A DNA stretch of 63,272 bases, filler included, from Reticulomyxa filosa (Eukaryota > Protista > Foraminifera): NCBI GenBank assembly GCA_000512085.1. It is 16 parts of 16 records of this genome, joined end to end, with 100 filler letters (N's around TTAATTAATTAA, not from the genome) between each part and the next. Parts side by side here need not be neighbours in the genome. Positions count along the whole stretch, not along the records: positions 40,701 to 47,982 come from ASPP01008445.1; positions 48,083 to 49,232 come from ASPP01009868.1; positions 49,333 to 58,280 come from ASPP01013750.1; 13 more parts are not named here. One strand, 5' to 3'. Below, piece by piece: positions 40,701-51,564 of this stretch. Within the stretch, counting starts at the first letter, position 1. The number at the start of each line of letters is the position of its first letter. Position numbers and translations under genes: made by a program. A model generated the notes under the pieces. The model saw only the letters and a list, made by a program, of their open reading frames with translations, had not been told where the DNA came from and ran no database searches.

Positions 40701-42299
40701 AACAACAACAGAAACGCATACCGCAGCAGAAGCAGCAACGGACGTACGAGAAAACCAATTAACACCTTCAAACCAATCACGTCCTGAATCCCCTCAGCCT
40801 CGTGAGACGAAAAAAGACAATGTCGAAACAGATCCCCAAACACCGAAACAGCCAAAGAAATTGAAAGCAAGCAACAGAAAGCAACAGGCCATTGACGACG
40901 AAGACGAACTGGGAAGCGACGGTGAAGTATTGGCCCCCTATGTTTCCCCCACCGTCCGATTGCGACAAAGGTCGACGCGCAAAGCAGCAACCAGCACTCG
41001 TCGCTACAAAGACATGACAGACAGCCAAATCAACAGAGATGTTGATGTTGATATTGATATTGATACTGATGTTGATATTAAATCAAAAATACAGTTTCGA
41101 CGTCTAACATTTGATAGAGGGACTACCTCAAAGAGGAATTTTTGTTAAGTATAGCATGTGTGTTGTGGGTCGGGGTCATGATGCAACGTAGAGATGATGA
41201 ACCAATCAAAAGTAATAGCAAAAGTAAAAGTAAGAGTGCAAATAAAAGTAAAAGCAAAAGCATCAAAAAAGACAAAGGCAAAAGCAAAGGCAAAGATAAG
41301 ACAAAAAAGTTAAACGAAAGAAAAAACAAAAAGAGGGACGTTTCAAAAATGCATGAAAGCGATGTGTTAATGGAAGACGTGAAAATGAATGAAAAGGCAG
41401 AGGAAGAAGAAGAAGAGGAGAATGCCACGGACAAACGTACACAAAAAAAAGAAAAAAGAAGAAGTAGTCCTCCTCGAAAGAAGATTAAAAAGATGCATTG
41501 CTTGTATGAAACCTTGAAGAAAAAGCAATTGAAAATTGACCGTGTTGATTTCGTGGTTTGTTTGTTTTTGTATGTTTTTTTTCCCCAAAGATTTGCAGAA
41601 ATTGTAATTTTTTTTTTTGAAATTGTCAAAAATAAAAATATTAGCGAAGTATAATGCTGAGTGGAAATCCGATAGATGGAAAACTGAAAAAAAGGAAGGC
41701 GAGGAAGATACAAAGAAGAGTGACAGTGACGAAGACGATAACAAATCCGGGAGTGTGTGGAAAGAGGATCTGTCATATTGCGTGACGTGGCTGAACCAAA
41801 TGGATTGCAACGTTGGATATAAAATGATCGATCACATAAAAGACATATCGTATTACACCGTGGTCGTCAGTCAAGGCGGGGCCAGAACCATGAAAGTATT
41901 GGCCGGGATGGCTCGTGGCGCGTTCATCGTTTGCCCGAAATGGATCAAGCAGTCTTTCCAAAGTGGAAAATGGCTGCCCCCGAACGAATTTCAATGGGAT
42001 CATTTTCTGATGCCAGAGCAAAGCGACACACAATTGAAAAGCCGATTGCTGGTATTTTGCAGCATATCCCTGTTTATGTTCGAGATGGCACTACCGATGG
42101 TTTGAAGGCTTTGGTTGACATTTGCGGCGGTGTTTGTGTCGAGGGAAACAGGGATTACGATTACATTATCAGCGAAAAGGAAATTGAATCCGATCTTGGT
42201 CAAAAACGAAAAGAAACCAAACCCGTTGTTTCCACTCAATGGCTGTTCGAAAGTATCCATCAGTGCAAGTTGTTGCCCATTGATAGCTTCAGGTTGTAG
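40701..42299 (+). CDS. C-terminal tandem BRCT protein (microcephalin-like architecture), 5' truncated
   Basis: RTMKVLAGMARGAFIVCPKWIKQS; LKALVDICGG..PVVSTQWLFESI; frameshift near 42050. Confidence 0.82.
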
Positions 42300-42809
42300 A
42301 GTTTTTTTTTTGTGATGATGTCATAGATTGTTCTTTTTTTAGATCTCGTTAAAAAAAAAATTGTTGGAGTGTTTTTTGTGGCCATTGGGGCTGATTTGAA
42401 AAACGCGAACACAAGTTCAATGATTGCCGTTGTTTTTGTTGTAATGACAACTTTTTCTCGAAAAATTGAAGTGGATCAAATCTATATATTGAACAAGAGC
42501 AAAATTACATTGTAAAATTTTGTCACTACATCAAATTAATTTTAATCGTTTATTGTTAGCCAAACAGAAATACACTTAAGTTATAACTATTACAAAAAGG
42601 ACTTATTAATTAATGAAAGAATTTCATAAAGGTAAATTGAAAAATCTATTCAAAGAAAAATTAATTTTATCTTTTGACAATGTGAAAAAAAAAAAAATAT
42701 AACTTGTTATTAACACAATTCAACTAGTTTTGTACATATTACTTCTTCGGCAATCACAAGCTAAAAAAATTACTTTAATAATTTTTGAAAACACTAAAAG
42801 AGACAAATG

Positions 42810-45800
42810 ATGACACATAAAAAAATTAAAAATCTGGAACTAGACCCTTTTTAAGGTAGCGTTCCATTTTTTTGAAGAATCTTGGAAAAAAATGTCAGCA
42901 TTAATTTTTTTATTAATTTGGAATTCCGCACTGAAAATGAGAACAATTTACAAATTGAATTACAAATGCGGAAAATATTGCAACAAAAACTATGTTTGGT
43001 CATAATCATTTCGTCTAAATTGAAAACGATATACAAAATCAATGATACAAATCGGCTATGCTTCTTCTTGCGAAGTCTGTACAGATTCTTCCATAGCACA
43101 AACGAAAAAGAATTTGTAAACTGAAAAGCAATATTTGATGGGTCAAAGAACTTATCCCTTTTAATTTTTTTACTTCTCTTGATGACAGCTGTTGTAGCTT
43201 TTATAAAGAGATCATTTAATTCTACATTATAAGTCTAGAATAACTTTTTGGTGCATATTTTGCCGCTAATCAAATTAAAAATGAATCATTTATGTACATG
43301 TATATAATTTGCATTCAAATAGTCTCAATTGATAAGAGCATGTGTATCAGTGTGTATATGTTTCATTCGTTTGCAAATGTATTTTCCAAAGAGTTTAGAA
43401 AAAGTGATCAATACATTTGCTTATTTGCATATATAGAGAATTGTAACGGACAGTTTCTCTTTATTTCTGATTTGGAATCACAAAACTTGTTTCATTTAAG
43501 AAGATCTTCAAAATGAATTTTGTCTGTTTGTTTCACGTGAACGTGTTACCTTTTTTTAAATAATCGCATAATAGTGTATTTATATTGATCTTCTTTTAGG
43601 AACAAATGAATATATGATATAGATTATGAATAAATCGTGGAATAGTCATGGAAAACAAAAGTAAACAAATAAAACAAAACGAAAATAAAGAAATAAATAA
43701 AAGCAAGCCAAAAACTCTTTTCTTTGTTTTTTTAAATATCTTCAGGTAAAAAAAATGCTTTCATCGCTGCTGTTCGAGTCATGTTTTTTTAGTCATATGT
43801 CGAATTTCTTTTTATTTGAAATTTCATTTTCTTTGTTTATAACTTACTGAACAAAAATTATTGAACTCTTTGATGTGTACGTATTTATCATGAATTAGTT
43901 TTAAAAAATATCAATTTATCTTGATGCTTTTCAAAGGAAACTTTTTTAGCTTTTTTTTGCGATACTTATTCATTTGGCTCGAATCACCAGCATTATGTTT
44001 CTCTTCTAAATGAAGTGCACTATTTTTGAGATCACCTGCTTTGGGCGAGCCTTTTGAAGCTTGATCTGCAGCATGTGGAGTAAATTCTGGTGTTTTCTCT
44101 TCTTCAGGCAAAGGAGTTATCTTCATATATAAACCAGTAGCAGATTCATGATCAAATTGACTGCCCCAACTAATGAACCATTTCTGAACGTTTCGGAAGT
44201 CTTGTTTTGTGGCCACTTCAGTACCACTTGCTGTTTCAATTTTGCCAGTTCGACTCCGTTCACACAGCGAATGAACAGTGCTTCCACTTCCAGTCTTTTC
44301 CTTACGAAGCTTGCGAAAGGTGTTAAATGAGCCTAATTATTCTTTGTTGAAAGGTCCATCGTCTCTTCGTTTTCTTTGATTTTCGTCATTTCTTACCACT
44401 TGAACTCTAGCGAGTATAGCATTGTCATTCTTTTTTTGTTCGATACAAGGGCCATCATGATCCAATTGGAAGTCTTCCATTTTATCCAACATTGAAAACA
44501 ATCGCAATTGCTTGCCTTTCATTTTATCTCGCTCTTGTTGATGACCAAACTGAAACATCATTCGTGAGTTCTTCTTTCTCAATTTGAAAATTGATTGATA
44601 GTGAAAAAATAGTTATTCAGATAATCCTCTTCAATGCCTTTATGTATGATTATCATACATTTACAAACAAACACAAGAATTATTATCGTCACTATTCATT
44701 AAAAAAGTATCGAAAGTGCGTAACAAAAGCAAAATTTGAGAAACTTAAGAAAAACATATAAGATATATAGTTAATTTGAAAACAAAGATCTACCTTCAAA
44801 ATTTACATTGAATTGAGTCATAATTAACTCATTCACGTTACAGCGTGTTGTGATAAGTCACGTATTCTCTTCAAAGTTGCGCTAAACAAACCATTACAGA
44901 TAAAAAAATTTAAAAAATGGAATTGGACCCTTTTTCTGAACCATTCAGTCTCATCATTTTCGAACATATTTTGGAAATTTATAGAAACATTTACTTCGGG
45001 CAAGAAGTTAGAAAATGTCAAATTTTGCAAATCAAAACAAAATCAAAGTCAAACGTGTAGTTTCTTTTTTTTTAAACACTGAATATTCGAATTTTCTTTC
45101 TTTTTTTTCCTTGCAAAAGCTTATTGTCGTTTTTTGAGTGGGAAAATGTCTTTTTTGTAGTTTTACATTTTTGATCGTCATTTGCTTATACTCATCAAAC
45201 GTAGTCATCAATGACAACACTTCCAAATTCAGTTGTACAAACATTTGCATCACATCACCACGTAATCTGCTCAAATTTATTTCATCTCCCAATTGACAGA
45301 TTACTCCTCCCTCCTGCAACCTTGCATTACAAACAAGAATAGACATACCCATTGCTTTATAATAAAATGGTTATGATATTTAATACACTCACTACAATTT
45401 AAAGCGCCGAAGTAGACATAACCCTACTGCGTTAATTATAATGATGGAAGTGTAGAATCAATCGTTGTTGCTAAATTGCTGCAATACTAAATGCAATGTG
45501 TCTTCCTTTGATGTTATTTATGTTATCAAGATTCATCACTAGTCTAAAGAACGTAACAAAAAGTATTTGGCACGTTTACTAGATCGGCTGTTAGAAAGAA
45601 TTTGAAATAATCATTAAGGTTTAATTCTATCAAAATTTGCTGAGATAACATTGTAGGCCAAAGCACTACTGGATGTTGACAATGCTCAGGTGAGCATGAA
45701 ATTTCACTTCTTCCAGTTTTACCTTTTTCACTTGCTTTGTTCTTTCCTTTGTCTTGTTGTGTTTCTTTTCTTTAATTCAAAGAAATTTGCTCAAAGGAGA

Positions 45801-46495
45801 AACGCTTTCGTGTTGTTTACTAATTTTGCACAAATACTACACTACGACATTTCGCACATAAAAAAAGAGGCCAGTGCTCTAAGTGAAAATTTTGTTATTG
45901 TATGCATGTTAATGCCTTTGTACAGCCAACAGAGAAAAATTCACAAATCAATATATTTTGCACAACAAAAAAAAACAAGATGGCAAAGAATACAACATAG
46001 CAATCTTTTATCTTAATTTTTTCTTATATAAAGACATACAATTGTCAATTTTTTTAACATTAGTTTGTTATTTGTCAAAAAGAGCAACATAATTTATGTC
46101 ATTGCATATATCTATAATTGAATGATATCTGTAAAAAAAAATAATGATATATTTCCTCAATATTGTTATACGTCATCAAATGATGACAAAGAATATCCAG
46201 ACAAATGATAAATATCTTTTTCATAATCATTTGCTCACTTTGACAAGTGTTGAAGCATAAGTCAATGAAAAATAACATTATAAATATTTATCTGATTAAT
46301 AAATAAAGATGAACAATATGTTATTTATAATTTAAGTTTCAACTGACAAATGAACTGAATTCATGTTATCAGCACACCAGCTCAGCATGTTTCATGTTTT
46401 TGGTTTTCATAAGACCAGCCCAAATCTCTCAGGTAGTCAGGAAAAAGAAAACATTACAGGTAAAAAAGTTTTAAAAACTGAACTAGACCCTTTTT
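42810..46495 (+). repeat. Three copies of a ~45-bp terminal-like motif (42810-42850, 44892-44935, 46452-46495)
   Basis: CATTACAGRTAAAAAA.TTT..AAAAA.TG(G)AAYTRGACCCTTTTT; partial inverted copy at 42852-42872. Confidence 0.6.
43911..44640 (-). pseudogene. Interrupted hypothetical gene
   Basis: Coding-like composition split over several frames; no motif recognised. Confidence 0.35.
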
Positions 46496-47224
46496 GATGC
46501 ATTATATTTCAGTCAATTTTTTATTTATAAAAAACATACAAGTAAATAGAATTTTCATGAAAATTTTTTTTTTTTTGTGAAATTACATTTTTTTAGGATA
46601 TAATCAATAATTTGATGATTCAGTAAAATACAAAAAGAGTTTTTTTGTTTAAAAAAAAACTCTATAATAGAAAGAACATGTTAAATGTCGGAGTATACTG
46701 TCTGTTTGCTTCGCTCTCATTCTCTGTATTTTGCTTGTCTTGGGATGGTTTTTCATCACTTTTGAAAGTTACTTTTTTCTTTGTTTTTTTTTTGTACTGA
46801 GAGAAACAAAAAGCGTTTGGATATTGAACGTGTGTATTGTTCTTAACACAGTATTTTGTGAAAACACAAAAATGGAAGAAATTGCCATACGAACAATGAA
46901 ATGTTAACTAACTTACCAAAATGTTTTGACTTTTTTTTTTTATGATGTTGTTGGTTTTAATTGTGCATTAGATGAACAAAAACAAAACAAAACAAAAATC
47001 AAAATAATGACGAATTACTTGTATTGTATTTGAATGATAGAACTTGTTAAAACTGTACTAAAACAATAACATTTGATAATTTCATTTATTTTTTCTTCTA
47101 TTGTTTTTATCATTTTTTCTTGTCTATTTTCCATGTTGAACTAATAATTTCAATTTGTAAAATGTCATATTTAATAAATTGAAATGTATTTAAATCAAAT
47201 ACACTAATATGATTTGTAAAATTA

Positions 47225-47395
47225 GTATAAATAACAAATTATTGTTGCTTCCACCAATTACTGCAAGCACTCCATAATAACTACCATAATCTCTTTCAAT
47301 TTTAATTATACGATTGTTATTGTCTGTGAAAGTTGTTCATTCATTGTAATTGTTTGGTTTGCTTGAATTATCACAAATGCGTACATATTTCATAA
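47225..47395 (-). pseudogene. Kelch-family fragment
   Basis: NYNE*TTFTDNNNRIIKIERDYGSYYGVLAVIGGSNNNLLFI. Confidence 0.7.
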
Positions 47396-47419
47396 CCAAT
47401 TTATGTTTACAATGTCCAA

Positions 47420-47580
47420 CAAAATACAAATTCAAGTGTTCAATGGACATACAGACCAAGTATGGCTGTTGAATATTCACCATTTGTAGTAAATAATATT
47501 GAAGTTAGTTGTAGTCCAAATGTGATATGTTCTGGTCAATTGATAAAACAATTTGATTTTGGCATAGTCGATCAAACAGG
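47420..47580 (+). pseudogene. WD40-repeat fragment
   Basis: IQVFNGHTDQV/AVEYSPFVVNNIEV..NVICSG/IDKTI*FW, with frameshifts. Confidence 0.8.
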
Positions 47581-48082
47581 ATTGTATTGTATATGATGAA
47601 AGTAGATGAAGTAAAAGAAAAAATTGTTTTACCTAGAATGACTTTATTTAAAAGCCAGTATCATTTTTAAAAACTTCAACATTTATAGATATTTTTTTAG
47701 AATTAATTGTTTATTTTTCATTGAGAAAATCAATTATTTAATAAAATAGCATTTTATGTGTATTATTTTTTTTGCAAACTAATGCATAACTAATTCATCC
47801 ACTAGTCTATTAAATTTGCTGGTTTCGTCTTGGTTGTATATCGAATAGATGGTGTCAATGATTTGACTATTGCAGCCTACGCTTTCATTTATATTATATG
47901 GTCTATTTTTACGATTTTATTGACACTAGGTCATTGTATTGTACTTATTAATTTGTTTTATGCAATTGTAGAGAACCGGGAGNNNNNNNNNNNNNNNNNN
48001 NNNNNNNNNNNNNNNNNNNNNNNNNNTTAATTAATTAANNNNNNNNNNNNNNNNNNNNNNNNNNNNNNNNNNNNNNNNNNNN

Positions 48083-48244
48083 CTTAGACGCCTTGTCTTC
48101 ATGGCATGCGACTTTTTGCATTGCCATGCAATCAGTTACTTGCACCGCGCTATTCAGTACTATCGCATCAACATCTGCCGCCAGCACATTAAGTGCAGGC
48201 AGCATCAGCAGGACCATGATGAAAATGCGGCAAAGGGTCTTCAT
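48083..48244 (-). CDS. Bacterial exported Cys/Met/His-containing protein, N-terminus (possibly CopL-like metal-binding)
   Basis: MKTLCRIFIMVLLMLPALNVLA signal peptide, then DCMAMQKVACHED; truncated. Confidence 0.45.
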
Positions 48245-48443
48245 GGCTATTACCATAGCACCGTCTACTTGCCCATGCATGCGCCCATGGCATGAAAGCG
48301 TAATTGATTTGATGTACATCACAACAACAGTAGGTTGATGTCCTTGGCACAAAAAGCGAGGGACTATTTTGCAGCCTCGCAGCTTACGACAGCCTTCCGA
48401 TGTAACCGGAATGTCGGTCGATGGGCACAACTTCTTGACGGTG

Positions 48444-48993
48444 CTAGTCACGTATACCGTTTGGAGGAGTCAATACACGCCTAGCTCCATTGAAACGTTT
48501 TACCCAATACGGCAGAGTCATATCACTGATACCGATATTCTTACCCGTACGGGGTGCATGAATAAATTTACCGTTCCCTAAATAAATTCCACTATGGGAA
48601 TAGCGGAAACCACGAGTATCAAAAAACACGATGTCCCCGGCTTTCAATTCATTGCGCGCGACTGATCGTCCTTGGCGAGCCTGCTCTGCTGCCGTCCTGG
48701 GTAGATTCATGCCCACTGCTTTTAAAAACACATAGCGGATCAAACCACTACAGTCGAAACCAGTAGCAGGGGATTCCCGCCAAAACGGTAAGCGATGCCA
48801 GTCAAGCTCATAGCTTGTAATAGCAGGGCGCCGACAAGGTCAGAGCTCCCCCGGCCTCTACTGCTGGCGGCTCCTGCTCAGGTGTAATAGGCGCAACATG
48901 GCTTGCTCCTAAGCTAGGCAAGCACATGGATAACAAGATCATGCTCACTAACCCAAAACGAAATCGACTGGTTATTCCGTAAAACACTTCCAA
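48444..48993 (-). CDS. Bacterial NlpC/P60 (C40) peptidoglycan peptidase; two apparent homopolymer frameshifts
   Basis: Signal-like N-terminus; LLLQAMSLTGIAYRFGG/SPATGFDCSGLIRYVF..LPRTA..GDIVFF..SHSGIYLGNGKFIHA. Confidence 0.93.
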
Positions 48994-49165
48994 CTGAATG
49001 ACCCCAATACTGTTGATCAGTACCGAACGATTCCGACTATACGTCCAGCAATAGTTTCAAAATACGATTGTCGAATGCACTACTTTGTGCTGTGATGTAA
49101 ATGCTGGCGCAATACTCCTGAGTTAATGGGGATGGACATCACTGGCCATTCCCACCAGACAGGCT

Positions 49166-49231
49166 TTAGCCGATGATCTTAATGCTAGTGATCACCGCCG
49201 ACATCCCTTGAGCCTGAAACTCGAACTTCAC
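49166..49231 (-). CDS. C-terminus of a possible CusF-like copper-binding protein
   Basis: VKFEFQAQGMSAVITSIKIIG* resembles the last strands of CusF-family proteins; only 21 aa visible. Confidence 0.4.
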   Translation of the reverse strand: MKFEFQAQGMSAVITSIKIIG

Positions 49232-50090
49232 TNNNNNNNNNNNNNNNNNNNNNNNNNNNNNNNNNNNNNNNNNNNNTTAATTAATTAANNNNNNNNNNNN
49301 NNNNNNNNNNNNNNNNNNNNNNNNNNNNNNNNATCATCATAAGATATCGTTTTAGGCGTTCAGTTTTCTTTGTAACTTACTGTAGTTGATGCACGTTCAG
49401 TAACTTACTTCGAAATAACAAATTGTTATCTGCACAATTATTTTTGAGATTTTTGGTAACTGAAAGACGAAGCACCCTTTCACAGTCTTGCTTGGTAATG
49501 AAGTAACTGAAAACAGCCAATAAAATATAACTTAACTTTTCAAGACCCTTTGTGCCAACTGTCAATCCACAGAAAAAAAAGTTTAATGAGTAAAAAAAGA
49601 GTCACAAAACCTTAAATGAACTCTTAACAATTCAATATGAACTGCCCTTCTACAATAACAAAAGCATAAACGTTCTACTGCCGTTTTTCTTATATTTTTC
49701 TTTTTTATTTGTTTGTTTACAAAACAGAATTGAAGTGATTTCAAAAGTTGCAATAGCTTTTTTTTAATAAATGTCAACAGAGTTGACAATTTTTTTGCAC
49801 TATTGCAGAGAGAATAATACATGTTTGTCACTCGACCTTACAAAAATAATTAGCTGAAGGTAACCAAGTTATTTTTCTTCTAAAAAGATTTATCCTTCAC
49901 ATGAAACAATTTTATTAAGTCTACGTTGGTGTTGATGTGGAACATTGGACAAAAGGATTAATTGCGAGAATTAAAAGGATCAGTTATGTAAAAGAATGGT
50001 CAATTGTGAAACAGCACCAAGAAATATAGTTAAAAGAGAAACTGAGCATTCAAGTTATTCGTACAACCCAACAATTACAAAGCTAACTTT

Positions 50091-51208
50091 TTACGACTCC
50101 TCATCATCGTCAATTTTAACTTTGCCTCTGCCCTGTTTTTTTCGGCCTGGGGGTTTTGGAGTTTCAAATGTTTGTTTGGCTTCAACGACAGGAAAGACAT
50201 GGTAGTCCAAGTACTCGTGAGTGAACTCACTTTTGTCAGTAAATTCGACTTTCCCCTCAAAGTTCAGTTCTTGTTCAGTGCAAAAGTCGATCAAGTTATT
50301 TTTACAAGTGGAATAAGTGAACTTGAGAGATCGTTCGGAAGCATCTGGACAATAGTACCCAAAGACACGAACCGTGGGTGCCTTGGGAACTTTTTCATCC
50401 TCACGAACCCGCGTGTGCCAAAACATAAAATATCGTGGTTCATCATCGGGCAACAAGTCGCGAATTGCCGAAATCGATTCTTCCTTTTGTTCTTCGCCAG
50501 TGATCGACTTTTTGTCCTCGGACAATTTGAATATCACCACTTTGCATTCGCCTTTCGAATACTTGGCCACACAGTCATGCACGCTCTGTAATATTTCAAC
50601 TGGAAGTCGTTGCATCACCGAACTTTGGGCCGTCTTGGGCGCACTTTCGATGCTTGCTGATTGCTTCTCAATTTCAGAATCACTTCGGAAGTCGATCTGG
50701 TGGTGCAATGTCCTTTGCTCGATCAGCTTCTTCACGTTGCATTCGGCTTTCGTGCTCATATAATAGTCGGCACTAAAGGATGCTTGGCCCAGGTATCCTT
50801 TCAATGTCGCACGCGACGATGCGTACACCATTCGTTGCTTCACTGGACTCAAATCTGGTCCCCAATGCAATAACACGTACAGCTTTGGGTTTGATGGATC
50901 TCGTACCACGTAAAAACCGTGGCTGTTTTCTTCTAGTTCGTTCGCTATCGTCTCCCAGTCCTTTGTTGTGTCGCCTGAAGACGATTGCACCTTTTTCAGT
51001 TCAAACTTGTTTTCATCTGTACAGATTGTTTCATTCAAAAAAACTCCTCGTTTTAAAATTTATTTTTTTTACGTTTTAAACAAGTACACACAATTGCCAC
51101 ACCTAAATTGATCCCGATTTGTAAGAATCCAAAATCTGGATCTTGCTGGGCTTTGGCAAACGCTGAAGATATCACTTCATTATTGAGTATTGGAGCTTTC
51201 GAAGACAT
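50091..51208 (-). CDS. TWF: Twinfilin (two ADF-H domains), 2 exons
   Basis: WGPDLSPVKQRMVYASSRATLK; LPDDEPRY..YYCPD..KFTYSTCK; tail FETPKPPGRK. Confidence 0.92.
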
Positions 51209-51564
51209 AGTTGCTAATTTTTGGGAACAATAAAAAAGTTTCCCTCTCTTTCCCTTCCTTACCCTCAACTACCTAGACTTTCAATTTTTTGTGCATGCAA
51301 ATAGAGTATATGTGTTATGCATACATATATGTTCATATCGGAAGACTTGTCTTATAAAAAATTGCATCTTTTACAGACGTGTCTTGATTAGAAACTCGGA
51401 TAAATGTTTCAATTTAACACTTTTAAGTATCACAAACAAAGAAAAAAACCAAAATATGGAAACGACATTTAATCTCTTTTGAAAGAGGTGGACAAGAAAA
51501 AGTTTTTTTTGATAATTTGTGAAGTAATTTCACATCCCTGGTTACAAAAAAAAAAGAAAAGAAA

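Noticed and set aside
48760-48860. Programmed frameshifting or phase variation in NlpC/P60 (also cathepsin, MAPK and the 61133 site)
   Set aside because: All shifts fall in short homopolymers across unrelated genes, as expected from sequencing error.
47830-49560. Bacterial genes integrated among host genes
   Set aside because: Spacers on both sides; the adjacency is artificial.
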